Shown: piece after piece, positions 8,739-17,552 of the stretch
Layout of the letters: every line of letters starts with the position of its first letter
How positions within the stretch are numbered: the first letter of the stretch is position 1
DNA from: Coriobacteriia bacterium
Lineage (GTDB): Bacteria > Actinomycetota > Coriobacteriia > Anaerosomatales > JAAXUF01
DNA length: 44,639 nt
Assembly: GCA_037140395.1 (NCBI GenBank)
Contig: JBAXEO010000001.1
Span: 1-44,639 of the forward strand
Direction: 5' to 3'
Position numbers and translations under genes: made by a program
Notes under the pieces: generated by a model
Databases searched by the model: none
Told to the model about the DNA's origin: nothing
Seen by the model: only the letters and a program-made list of their open reading frames with translations

Positions 8739-9191
8739 GTGCGCTGTCCGTTTTGTGGCCATGATGAGACCAAGGTGGTTGACTCGCGCACCTCTGAATC
8801 TCAGGAAGCCATTCGGCGTAGGCGCGAGTGCCTGAGCTGCTCAGAGAGATTTACCACCTACGAGCGCCGCGAAGAGACCCCGCTCATGGTGGTAAAGAAG
8901 GACGGAACGGCCGAACCCTTCGACAGGGGCAAGCTCCTTCGCGGACTGATGGTTGCATGCGCCAAGCGCGATGTACATGTCACTCAGCTCGAGGCTTTGA
9001 TTGACGACATTGAATCTGAGCTCCACAACTCTTTCCGCTCAGAGGTGGGAAGTCGCCAGGTCGGCGACATGGTTCTCTTGAGATTGCGTGATTTCGACCG
9101 TGTAGCCTACGTTCGATTCGCGTCAGTCTATAAAGAGTTTCAGGATCTCGACGAGTTCACTTCCGAACTCAAGAACCTCGGCCCACTGTGA
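8739..9191 (+). CDS. nrdR: Transcriptional repressor NrdR
   Basis: GTG start. Zn-ribbon CPFCGH...CLSCSERFTTYER followed by an ATP-cone. Confidence 0.94.
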   Translation: MRCPFCGHDETKVVDSRTSESQEAIRRRRECLSCSERFTTYERREETPLMVVKKDGTAEPFDRGKLLRGLMVACAKRDVHVTQLEALIDDIESELHNSFRSEVGSRQVGDMVLLRLRDFDRVAYVRFASVYKEFQDLDEFTSELKNLGPL

Positions 9192-9263
9192 GCGGAATCT
9201 CCTCGTTCTTATGCTCGAAGTTGCAGTGCGTTCGCCCTGCGTCGTCCGAGGGGTCTGAGTAGC

Positions 9264-9695
9264 TTGCAACTTGAGATTCGCCGACTAGACCCAAACCTTC
9301 CGCTTCCGGAATACGCGCACATTGGTGATGCAGGTCTTGATTTGTATGCTGCCAGCGCGATGACCCTTTCGCCTGGCCACCGTGCACTGATTCCGACCGG
9401 CATCGCTGTGGCGATCCCCGAAGGGTATGCGGGCTTCATCCAGCCCAGGAGCGGCAGAGCCCTTCGCGAAGGACTGTCCTTGGTCAACACACCCGGGCTC
9501 ATTGATTCTCACTACCGTGGCGAGATACAGGTCATAGCGATCAATCTTGATCCCGAGGTTCCTTTGACGGTCAACTACGGTGACAAGGTTGCTCAACTCG
9601 TCATTCAGCGCGTAGAGCGATGTGAGCTCGTAGAGGTTGTGCAGCTCGACACCACCGCACGGGGGGAGGGTGGCTTTGGCAGCACGGGCACCTGA
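9264..9695 (+). CDS. dut: dUTP diphosphatase (trimeric Dut)
   Basis: TTG start. Motifs [23 protein letters not shown] and C-terminal [10 protein letters not shown]. Confidence 0.93.
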   Translation: MQLEIRRLDPNLPLPEYAHIGDAGLDLYAASAMTLSPGHRALIPTGIAVAIPEGYAGFIQPRSGRALREGLSLVNTPGLIDSHYRGEIQVIAINLDPEVPLTVNYGDKVAQLVIQRVERCELVEVVQLDTTARGEGGFGSTGT

Positions 9696-10146
9696 GGGTC
9701 CTCGCGTCAGAGTCGCTGCGCTCATGCTTCTCGATGACAAAGTCGTCGTCGTCAGGCACCGTGCCAGCTTCTCTGCCTACCATTTGCTGCCCGGAGGTGG
9801 AGTGAACTATCGCGAAACCCTCGAGGAGGCTGTTGTTCGGGAAGTTGTCGAGGAGACCGGTCTACACGTCGAAGTAGGACGACCGGTGCTCATCAACGAC
9901 ACCGTAGACCCCTGTGGTACCCGCCATGTCGTCAATATCACCTTTCTCGCGACCGTAGTCGGCGGTCAGGTTACTGAGACTCCCGAGGACCCGAGCGTTG
10001 AGGCAGTGGAGTTCTTTGACATCGCTTCACTCGCCCAACTCGACCTTCGTCCTCCGCTTGCTGAGGCAATCGCGACGATTTTGGGCGACGACATGGCTCC
10101 CGCCCGCTACTTAGGCTCGCTATTTACTGATCCGGCTTCTGAATGA
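9676..10146 (+). CDS. Nudix hydrolase
   Basis: Nudix box [23 protein letters not shown]. The start is uncertain. TTG 9676 sits 6 nt after GGAGG (9665-9669) and keeps the first beta-strand [10 protein letters not shown]. The alternatives are TTG 9637 and GTG 9670. Any of these overlaps the dut 3' end. Confidence 0.8.
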   Translation: MAARAPEGPRVRVAALMLLDDKVVVVRHRASFSAYHLLPGGGVNYRETLEEAVVREVVEETGLHVEVGRPVLINDTVDPCGTRHVVNITFLATVVGGQVTETPEDPSVEAVEFFDIASLAQLDLRPPLAEAIATILGDDMAPARYLGSLFTDPASE

Positions 10147-10213
10147 CGTTGGTCTACCCACGTCGCCTTAGGTCCACCCGAGACGAAGGCGCCCGCAGCC
10201 TGGTCTCATGCGA

Positions 10214-10251
10214 CGGCCCCGGGCTGCGACAACGCGGTCCGGGGCCGCTTT
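10214..10251 (+). terminator. GC-rich hairpin, possible intrinsic terminator after the nrdR-dut-nudix genes
   Basis: CGGCCCCGG (10214-10222) pairs with CCGGGGCCG (10239-10247), and the stem extends inward. It is followed by CTTTCGG, a short T tract, so the call is weak. Confidence 0.4.
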
Positions 10252-10383
10252 CGGCTCACTGCAAGACACGCGCGTCTGTCAGAATTGGTCCGAGGGGGGC
10301 ACGCTACCCCGTTGACGGCGTGGCATGCTCGTTGCAAACCACGTATCCGACTTTGCCCGGCCTTCTCTTGGAGAACAGATCCC

Positions 10384-11382
10384 TTGAACGTTCAGGAAGA
10401 CCCTAGACAGCGTCGCAACCTTAGACGGCAGGCAGCACGTCGACGCCGTGCACGCGCTTGGATCATTCTGACTGTGTGCCTTGGGGTCTTGATTGTTGGC
10501 GGGGTCAGCGCTTTTGCTTGGACGCGAGCGCGACCTGCAGCTACAGACACTACAAGCTTGGCTGCCAGCTCCTCGCCGTCGACATCGGATCCGGTTTCCG
10601 CTGTATCGGCGACTCTGGCCCCTGCAGAGCCAGCAGCCACCGGTACGGCAAGTTCGCCCGACCCGCCCGCAGCGGTCCCCGCGAGCGCAACCGGCGCCCC
10701 CCGTGATGTGTCCAAAGCTGCCGTCCAGTTCCCTGACGCACCCGCAGTCAAGCCAAACAGTGTGAGTCAGCTCAAGCCCAAGCATAAGTACGTGGCTATT
10801 ACACTGGACGACGGCTTCGGCTTTCAGCCAGAAATGCTTGCTCTTCTTCAGCAGTACAACGCTCACTGCACGACATTCGTGCTGGGTAGCTGGGCAGACG
10901 CCAACACGGCCACTCTCAAGAAGCTCGACGCTGCTGGCTTTGAGATCGCTAATCACACGTGGGACCACAAGACTCTGACCAAGCTTACCGATGCGCAGGT
11001 CGAATCGGAGTTGCTTCGGACGCAGAAGGTCATCTCGGCGGTCACTGGCAACCAGGCGCCGCTGATGCGTCCGCCTGGTGGAGCGACCAACGCCCGTGTC
11101 AAGGGCGTGTCAGCCAGCTTGGGCTACACGCAGGTGATGTGGAATCGGTCGTTCGGCGATTCTGGGCGTGGTGCTACTACCAAGAAGCTTTACGAGAACG
11201 TGGTGACGAGCAACGGCGGCATCAAGCCCGGCGACATTATTCTGTGCCATTGGAGCTCAAAGCCGACGTACGAGGCTATGAAGGTCATCCTGCCTGAGCT
11301 CAAGGCACAAGGCTACGAGTTTGTGACCGTGTCCGAACTCATCGCCGACTCTCAAAGGGGCGGCACGGCTTCAAAGAAGTAG
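10384..11382 (+). CDS. Membrane-anchored polysaccharide deacetylase (NodB/CE4 domain)
   Basis: NodB motifs TLDDG, HTWDH and RPPGG, with an N-terminal Arg-rich tail, a TM segment and an Ala/Pro/Ser linker. I preferred the TTG at 10384, which lies 8 nt after GGAGAA (10370-10375), over the TTG at 10285. Confidence 0.8.
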   Translation: MNVQEDPRQRRNLRRQAARRRRARAWIILTVCLGVLIVGGVSAFAWTRARPAATDTTSLAASSSPSTSDPVSAVSATLAPAEPAATGTASSPDPPAAVPASATGAPRDVSKAAVQFPDAPAVKPNSVSQLKPKHKYVAITLDDGFGFQPEMLALLQQYNAHCTTFVLGSWADANTATLKKLDAAGFEIANHTWDHKTLTKLTDAQVESELLRTQKVISAVTGNQAPLMRPPGGATNARVKGVSASLGYTQVMWNRSFGDSGRGATTKKLYENVVTSNGGIKPGDIILCHWSSKPTYEAMKVILPELKAQGYEFVTVSELIADSQRGGTASKK

Positions 11383-11553
11383 GCGCTCGGAGGGCCATCC
11401 GGCGTCAACGCCGACTCTGCAGAGTAAACGTCTATGCGTGATAATACATCTTATGTCTAGTAACACATTTGGCTACGGAGTTCGATACTCGCAAGAGCGC
11501 CTCGCCCGCTCAAGCACTCTTCAGGGTCTGTGCCCTCATCGGGGCACGACAGC

Positions 11554-11883
11554 CTACTCGAGCCCGACATCTCCCGACTGCGGAATCTCAAAGTACGCAA
11601 GCTCGAAACGCGACTTTGTAAGGTCCCGCAAGTCCTCCTGGGCAACCTCAAGGAGTTCTCTCGCCTCCGCATCCGATGAAAACGTCGCGAGTCTCACCAC
11701 CGCGTCCGCATCGTCGAGCCGGACGGCCTCTACGTGCCAGTACTCAACCTCGTCACCGTAGTCAATCTCAGGTTCGCGGTAGAGGATATCGTCGTGCCAC
11801 TCAAAGTCGAGTCGCTGGGTCGTATCGACGCGAGTAATGCGTAGGCGCCAGAACTCGTCGGCGTTTCCGATGACTCGAACCAA
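11554..11883 (-). CDS. Hypothetical acidic cytoplasmic protein (109 aa)
   Basis: TTG start 9 nt after the stop of the upstream SH3b gene. Its composition is protein-like, whereas the overlapping + strand ORF (11438-11761) is Ser/Thr/Arg-rich, typical of an off-frame ORF. I recognised no family. Confidence 0.5.
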   Translation of the reverse strand: MVRVIGNADEFWRLRITRVDTTQRLDFEWHDDILYREPEIDYGDEVEYWHVEAVRLDDADAVVRLATFSSDAEARELLEVAQEDLRDLTKSRFELAYFEIPQSGDVGLE

Positions 11884-11892
11884 GTGCGCCGC

Positions 11893-12249
11893 CTACTTCT
11901 TCTCAATCCGCAAATACTGCGGATTATTGTTGACCCAGCCACTTTGACCAGAGGCGTCCGAAACTTCGAGCCAGCTACCAGACTGACTGACCAGGATGAG
12001 CTTCTCGCCCTTCTTCAGTCCTCGTATGCTCGCTCCCGTCGCATCGGGCTTCTCGCGAAAGTTCAAACCGTCAGTGAGCACGGTTACCGTTGGGCCTGTT
12101 GCGGCTGGAGGCACCGGTTGCGACGCGTTAGCTGTTGAGGTTGTCTCGGCGACGGGGGGCTTTGGCGTGGCCTTCCGGTACTCGTTCCACCACCCGTTGA
12201 CCGTCATGAGCAGTACAACGAGCACGATCAGCCCCGCGAGAGCGCGCAT
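11893..12249 (-). CDS. Membrane-anchored SH3b-domain protein
   Basis: The ATG at 12249 (MRALAGLIVLVVLLM) gives a TM segment, then a Pro/Thr linker and an SH3b-like C-terminus (LNFREKPDATGASIRGLKKGEKLILVSQSGSWLEVSDASGQSGWV). Confidence 0.62.
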   Translation of the reverse strand: MRALAGLIVLVVLLMTVNGWWNEYRKATPKPPVAETTSTANASQPVPPAATGPTVTVLTDGLNFREKPDATGASIRGLKKGEKLILVSQSGSWLEVSDASGQSGWVNNNPQYLRIEKK

Positions 12250-12263
12250 GACCTTACCTGTGG

Positions 12264-12809
12264 TCACAGGTACAGGCCTCCACCGTACACAGCTGCGTCC
12301 TCTTCGAGCCCACAGAGCTCGCAAGCATTCTGCACTCCTCGCGTCGCTGCCGCATACGTTCCGGCGATGGTAGTCAGGTTGATCGAGCCGAGTGCCGCAA
12401 ACGCGGCATCGCCAACCTGCTCATCTGTGACTTTACCCGCTTCAAGCGCAATCGCATAAGCAGCATCGCCGAGAAGATCGGCCGCCGGTATGAGTTTCTT
12501 GGGCAACGGCATCCCATCGAGCTCATCAGCCAAGATTGCTGCTCGGCTTGTAACCTCATGAAGCGCACGACGCTCGAGAGCATCGGGATCCTCGGCAAAG
12601 TGGGTCAGCGTCTCATCGCTTCCCTCGGCAAGCCGCATGACGACGTCGTCGAGCGCTTGCCTGACGGCATCGATTGCTTCGCGCCTGCTCACTAGTCGCA
12701 GCAGGTAGCGACGTTCCACCGCGCGCCAGCCCAGAACCGAACCGATGGCGGCGGCGGCGACAAGCAAGACGCCCCCCGCCCCTATCGCGACCCAGCCCCA
12801 TATCGGCAC
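12264..12809 (-). CDS. Hypothetical membrane-anchored helical protein (181 aa)
   Basis: N-terminal TM segment (WVAIGAGGVLLVAAAAIGSVL) followed by an Ala/Asp/Glu-rich helical domain. No family recognised. It lies 41 nt downstream of paaK. Confidence 0.5.
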   Translation of the reverse strand: MPIWGWVAIGAGGVLLVAAAAIGSVLGWRAVERRYLLRLVSRREAIDAVRQALDDVVMRLAEGSDETLTHFAEDPDALERRALHEVTSRAAILADELDGMPLPKKLIPAADLLGDAAYAIALEAGKVTDEQVGDAAFAALGSINLTTIAGTYAAATRGVQNACELCGLEEDAAVYGGGLYL

Positions 12810-12850
12810 GAAGTACCCGGCCTTTCATTGTGGGGACAGTGGCCCCGGAT

Positions 12851-14152
12851 TCATCCATCATTTCGTCTGTCGAGCACGTGGGTGCTCTTGCCAGCCGAAC
12901 GCTCGAGCGATCCCGGTTCGACGAGAGTGATCTTGGCACGAAGCCCTAGGACGGACTGCAGCCGATCGGCGATGTCCTTTTGGAACGCAACCATGTCAGC
13001 CATGATATCTGAAAAGACCTCCTCGGCGACTTCGAGTCGTACCTCTAGGTCGTCGAGCCCCTTTTGACGATCCACCACCACGAGATAGTGCGGACGAACG
13101 CCTTCGATCTGGAAGATGACGTCTTCTATCTGGCTCGGGAACACGTTTACACCGCGGATGATGAGCATGTCGTCAGTTCTGGACCGGATCTTGGCCATGC
13201 GCGCTAGCGTGCGGCCACACTCACAGCGCTCTGTCGCAACGGTCGTTAGATCGTGAGTCCGATAGCGGAGTACCGGAAACGCTTCCTTACTCAGCGACGT
13301 AAAGACGATCTCGCCTGGCTGACCCTCCTCGACCGGCTCCCCGGTCTGGGGGTCCACTAACTCCCACAGCACGTGATCTTCTGCGATGTGCAGTCCACAA
13401 CCACATTCGCATTCACCGCTGACGCCCGGGCCCATGACCTCGGAGAGTCCGTAGTTGTCGGTCGCGCGAATGCCGAGGCGCTCCTCGATCTCGCGCTTGG
13501 CCGCGTCAGTACACGGTTCGCCACCGAATAGACCCAGGCGCAGGGACAGCAGCTTGAAGTCGACCCCCATGGACTCTCCAACTTCAGCTAGGTAGAGAGC
13601 ATAAGACGGGGTGGAAACCAGCACCGTAGTACCAAAGTCCTGCATCATCATGATGTGCCGCTCGGTGTTGCCACTACCTGCGGGAATGATCGTCGCACCA
13701 ATCCGTTCGAGGCCGTAGTGCATCCCCCAACCGCCAGTGAACATGCCGTACAGGAAGGACATGTCGACAAGGTCTCCCCGGTGCACCCCTGCCGCGGTGG
13801 CAACACGGGCCGTGAGCTCGGTCCAGGTATTGATGTCGCCACGGGTGTATCCGACCACGACTGGCTTCCCTGTGGTTCCAGACGAAGAATGCAGCCTCAC
13901 AACTTCATCGAGTGGCACTGCGAACATCCCAAAAGGATAGGTATCCCGAAGCGCGGACTTGTCGGTGAATGGAAGCCGCCTCACGTCGGCAAGCGACTTG
14001 ATATCTCGCGGCTTGACCCCAACCTCCATGAGCTGTTCGCGGTAGTAAGGCACGCGATCGTAGACCCAGGCGACGGTTGTCTGGAGACGTCTCAGTTGGA
14101 GCGCGTGTAGTTCCTCGCGATCCATGCACTCATACTCGGCATTCCAGATCAT
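12851..14152 (-). CDS. paaK: Phenylacetate-CoA ligase family (PaaK-like aryl-acetate AMP-forming ligase)
   Basis: N-terminus REELHALQLRRLQ...VPYYRE, AMP motif SSGTTGKPVVV, and a C-terminal ACT-like tail typical of PaaK. There is an ATGA overlap with livF (14149-14152). Confidence 0.88.
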   Translation of the reverse strand: MIWNAEYECMDREELHALQLRRLQTTVAWVYDRVPYYREQLMEVGVKPRDIKSLADVRRLPFTDKSALRDTYPFGMFAVPLDEVVRLHSSSGTTGKPVVVGYTRGDINTWTELTARVATAAGVHRGDLVDMSFLYGMFTGGWGMHYGLERIGATIIPAGSGNTERHIMMMQDFGTTVLVSTPSYALYLAEVGESMGVDFKLLSLRLGLFGGEPCTDAAKREIEERLGIRATDNYGLSEVMGPGVSGECECGCGLHIAEDHVLWELVDPQTGEPVEEGQPGEIVFTSLSKEAFPVLRYRTHDLTTVATERCECGRTLARMAKIRSRTDDMLIIRGVNVFPSQIEDVIFQIEGVRPHYLVVVDRQKGLDDLEVRLEVAEEVFSDIMADMVAFQKDIADRLQSVLGLRAKITLVEPGSLERSAGKSTHVLDRRNDG

Positions 14153-14907
14153 GTCGCGTCAGCCTCCGTCTTCCATGTACCCAGGTAGATCGTGCGAACC
14201 GATTCGTCCTCAACCAGCTCTGCGGCGCTTCCTTGCAGCACAATGCGACCGGTCTTCATCACGTATCCGCGATCGGAGTGCTTGAGGGCAAGCTTTGCGT
14301 CCTGCTCGACCAACAGAATCGTCACGCCATCGGCACGAAGCCTCTCAAGCGCCGAGAAGATCTCGGCGATCACCTTCGGCGCTAGCCCGAGGGACGGCTC
14401 GTCCAGAAGTAGCAGTCGCGGTCCCGACATGAGCGCGCGTCCGACAGCGAGCATCTGCTGTTCGCCTCCGGACAGCGTCTCGGCGGACTGGTTGGCCCTC
14501 TCGGCGAGGACGGGAAAGAGCTCGTGGACGCGGGCTAGCTGCTCGAGAGCTGCGGCCTTCTTGGTGGGGCCGCGAGTTCCGTAGGTCCCGAGTGCGAGGT
14601 TCTCGGCAACCGACAAGGGGCCGAAGAGCAGCCGGCCCTCTGGGACCAGTGCCATGCCCAGGGAAACGAGCCGCTCAGGGCGATTCCCCGTCACCGAGCG
14701 CCCGCCAAGGAGCACCCCGCCTGCAGACGGTGTCACCAAACCGACCAATGCCTTGAGCAGGGTTGATTTACCAGCACCATTCGAACCGATGAGCGAGACA
14801 ATCTCGCCGGTATCGACATGGATGCTCACCTCGCGCAGCACGCTTATGCGTCCATATCCGGCGCAGAGGGCTTTGACTTCCAGGAGAGGCTGGTCAGTCA
14901 TCCTCAA
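14149..14907 (-). CDS. livF: HAAT-family ABC transporter ATPase (LivF-type)
   Basis: Walker A GSNGAGKST, signature LSGGEQQ, Walker B LLLLDEPS. The start is either TTG 14907 or ATG 14901. Confidence 0.88.
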   Translation of the reverse strand: MRMTDQPLLEVKALCAGYGRISVLREVSIHVDTGEIVSLIGSNGAGKSTLLKALVGLVTPSAGGVLLGGRSVTGNRPERLVSLGMALVPEGRLLFGPLSVAENLALGTYGTRGPTKKAAALEQLARVHELFPVLAERANQSAETLSGGEQQMLAVGRALMSGPRLLLLDEPSLGLAPKVIAEIFSALERLRADGVTILLVEQDAKLALKHSDRGYVMKTGRIVLQGSAAELVEDESVRTIYLGTWKTEADAT

Positions 14908-15667
14908 CCGCCTCCTCGCCCAGGTACGCGGCGATAACTACGGGATCCTTCTGTATCAGCCGAGGAGGACCCTCAGCGATCTTGCGGCCGCGGTCCAAGA
15001 CGACGATCTCGTCGGAAACCTCCATCACCAATCCCATGTCGTGCTCGACCACCAGCACGGTGATGCCGGAGTCACGGACTCGATACAGCGTGTCGACCAG
15101 CTCGTGCGTCTCGGTGTTGTTGAGGCCAGCCGCCGGCTCATCCAGAAGCAGAAGTTTTGGCTGCGTAGCCAAAGCGCGGGCGATTTCGACCAGCCGACGG
15201 ATTCCTGCCGGTAGGTCGCTCGCGAGAGTATCGGCCCAGTCGTGGATACCGATCATCCGCAACAGTCGCCCTGCGTCATCTGAAGCCACGCGTTCCTCGG
15301 CTCGAGCCGAAGGCAGTCGAAAAGCCGATGCCGCAAAACCGGTCGCCTGACGTGCCTGTGAACCGACCATCACGTTTTCGCGCGCCGTCATCGAGTCGAA
15401 GAGTTGCGTGTTCTGAAACGTCCGCGCCATGCCGGATCTGACCACCTGGCGAGGCTTCGCCTGGGCGATTTCAGAACCCCCAAATACCACGGAGCCCGTG
15501 TCCATCCGCTCGAATCCCGTGATTACGTTGAAGAGCGTCGACTTTCCAGCTCCATTGGGTCCGATGAGCGCCTTAATCGTCCCGGTGTGAACCTCAAAGG
15601 AGACGTCATCCACGGCAGTCAGTCCACCAAAGCGCTTGGTAACGTTGCTAACCGAAAGGAGGCTCAC
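14894..15667 (-). CDS. livG: HAAT-family ABC transporter ATPase (LivG-type)
   Basis: Walker A GPNGAGKST and Walker B LLLLDEPAAG. I chose the GTG at 15667, which forms a GTGA overlap with the livM stop, over the ORF-track start at 15700. Confidence 0.88.
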   Translation of the reverse strand: MSLLSVSNVTKRFGGLTAVDDVSFEVHTGTIKALIGPNGAGKSTLFNVITGFERMDTGSVVFGGSEIAQAKPRQVVRSGMARTFQNTQLFDSMTARENVMVGSQARQATGFAASAFRLPSARAEERVASDDAGRLLRMIGIHDWADTLASDLPAGIRRLVEIARALATQPKLLLLDEPAAGLNNTETHELVDTLYRVRDSGITVLVVEHDMGLVMEVSDEIVVLDRGRKIAEGPPRLIQKDPVVIAAYLGEEAVEDD

Positions 15668-16647
15668 GCGCGCTCCCCTTCCCTGGACTTCCTTCGCCAC
15701 ATGGCACCAATTCCGCCCGGGGCGAAGAGAACGACCAAGATGATAGCGAGCCCGTAGACGTCTGCCTGAAGTGACTGGACAGTCTGTGCGGCTTGCCGAG
15801 AGATACCGGGGATGAGCGCATCGAGATAGGTAAGCAGTGTCAGGAGCGCCGCTGCAAGCACGGGGCCGGCGAGAGAACCGGTTCCTCCGATGACCGCCAT
15901 CGCCAGAAACGTGACCGAAGCCGACACCGTAAATACGCTCGGCGAGATGAAGCCGATCACGGAAGCGTACAGCGCACCTGCGAGGCCTGCGAGTACTGCA
16001 GATATCACAAACGCGCGTACCTTGACCCCAACAACGTCGACACCGCAGGCCTGTGCACCGAGTTCACTGCCATGGAGCGCCCTCATGGCGCGGCCAGGCC
16101 TCAGGGAAACCATGCTTGAGGCGATCAGCAGGGCTATTCCGGCAACCGCCCACACCAGCCAATACAACCCCGAGGCGCTACGAATGACCAGGGGTCCCAG
16201 CGATGGAAACGGTATGCCAGAGAATCCGTCGACGCCTCCAGTGATCGGCGTGGCCTCGCCGAAGGCGAGCGATGCGAGCTCTCCGAATGCCAGCGTCGCC
16301 ATGGCAAGGTAGTGACCGCGCAGCCTAAGACTCGGAAGGGCCAGAACCATTCCACCAGCACCGGCGACAATTCCGGCAGCGGCAAAGGCGACCGGCCACG
16401 GTGCGTGCATGCGCACAGTAGCCAAAGCGCACGTGTACGCGCCAATGCCCACGAACGCCGAGTGCCCAAGGGAAACCTGTCCCGCGTACCCAAACAGCAA
16501 CGCGAGGCCGACCACAACGACCACATTGATCCCAACGTAGGTAAACACCTTGAGCAGAAATGTGTCGCTCACAACGAACGGAAGTGCCGCAACGGCAACG
16601 GCAGCGACGAAGGGAACTGCGACTCTGAGCGTCCGCCAGCTCATCAC
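15664..16647 (-). CDS. livM: HAAT-family ABC transporter permease (LivM-type)
   Basis: Polytopic membrane protein with LivM-like motifs (GQVSLGHSAFVGIGAY). It has a 4-nt overlap with livH. Confidence 0.88.
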   Translation of the reverse strand: MMSWRTLRVAVPFVAAVAVAALPFVVSDTFLLKVFTYVGINVVVVVGLALLFGYAGQVSLGHSAFVGIGAYTCALATVRMHAPWPVAFAAAGIVAGAGGMVLALPSLRLRGHYLAMATLAFGELASLAFGEATPITGGVDGFSGIPFPSLGPLVIRSASGLYWLVWAVAGIALLIASSMVSLRPGRAMRALHGSELGAQACGVDVVGVKVRAFVISAVLAGLAGALYASVIGFISPSVFTVSASVTFLAMAVIGGTGSLAGPVLAAALLTLLTYLDALIPGISRQAAQTVQSLQADVYGLAIILVVLFAPGGIGAMWRRKSREGERA

Positions 16648-17516
16648 ACCTTCTCCCTCCCCGACCCGCCGAACAACCCCTGTGGTCGGACAAACAGCAC
16701 AGCAAGCAACACAACCAGCGCGACCGCATCCTTATAGAGCGGGTTGATATAGCCTGCTGTCAGAGACTCCATCATCCCGAGGATGAGCCCCCCACCCACG
16801 GCCGCAACGGGATTGCCCAGTCCACCCAGAATCGCCGCCGAGAAGCCCTTGACGCCGATACCCGCGCCCACGTCAAAGGCGGTCTGAGTGAGCGGCGCCA
16901 CGGCAAGCCCGGCAACCGCGCCCAGTCCGGCAGCCAATGCAAAGGAAGCTGTGACCATGAAGCGGGTGTCGATTCCGACGAGACGCGCAGCTTCGCGATT
17001 GATAGCAGTGGCCCGCATGGCCCGCCCAAACGCGGTGCGTCGGTACAGGAGGAACAATCCGACCATCGCGATTGCCGTGAGAACCCAGATCCAGACGGTC
17101 TGAAGCTCGATGGCCGCCCCCAGCACCTTGATGGAGGTTCCTTGCGTGAACGGCGGCAGCGGAACCTCGTCGGGGCCAAAGATGTGCAGTGCGATCTGCC
17201 GAAGCAGAACCGACCCACCGATCGTGACCATGATGATCCGCAGTGGGTCTCCGTCAGCGATTGGCCTAATCGCGAGTACCTCGAATAGGGCTCCGATCGC
17301 AGCAGTGCCTACCACGGCAAGCAGCAACGCAATCGGTAGAGGCAACCCCAGATTCACCAGCAGGACACCCAACATCCCACCGAGCATGAAGAACTCGCCC
17401 TGAGCGAAGTTGATCGCACCTGTTGCCGCATACACGATGGTGAAACCCAGCGCTACGAGCGAGTATATGGCGCCGTTCTTGAGGCCGGCGATGAGAAACT
17501 GCAGCAGCGCCGACAC
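16644..17516 (-). CDS. livH: HAAT-family ABC transporter permease (LivH-type)
   Basis: Polytopic membrane protein. The N-terminus LLQFLIAGLKNGAIYSLVALGFTIVY and the motif INFAQGEF are LivH-like. Confidence 0.88.
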   Translation of the reverse strand: MSALLQFLIAGLKNGAIYSLVALGFTIVYAATGAINFAQGEFFMLGGMLGVLLVNLGLPLPIALLLAVVGTAAIGALFEVLAIRPIADGDPLRIIMVTIGGSVLLRQIALHIFGPDEVPLPPFTQGTSIKVLGAAIELQTVWIWVLTAIAMVGLFLLYRRTAFGRAMRATAINREAARLVGIDTRFMVTASFALAAGLGAVAGLAVAPLTQTAFDVGAGIGVKGFSAAILGGLGNPVAAVGGGLILGMMESLTAGYINPLYKDAVALVVLLAVLFVRPQGLFGGSGREKV

Positions 17517-17552
17517 GTCAGACCACGTGTCGGCGCGACACTGCTGCCGAAG

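Noticed and set aside
10143-10406. 87-aa ORF on the + strand filling the gap between the Nudix and deacetylase genes.
   Set aside because: It is Arg/Pro/Gly-rich with no RBS. It overlaps the predicted hairpin and the better-supported deacetylase start, so it is likely non-coding.
11478-11491. tRNA-like T-arm (GGAG-TTCGATA-CTC).
   Set aside because: It has only a 3-bp stem, with no matching acceptor, D or anticodon arms in the flanking 80 nt, so it is not a tRNA gene. It is mentioned only as a possible relic in the AT-rich-island finding.
11438-11761. 107-aa ORF on the + strand starting in the AT-rich island.
   Set aside because: Its Ser/Thr/Ala/Arg-rich low-complexity translation is typical of the wrong strand or frame. 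The minus-strand 109-aa ORF has a far more protein-like composition and is operon-coupled to its neighbours.
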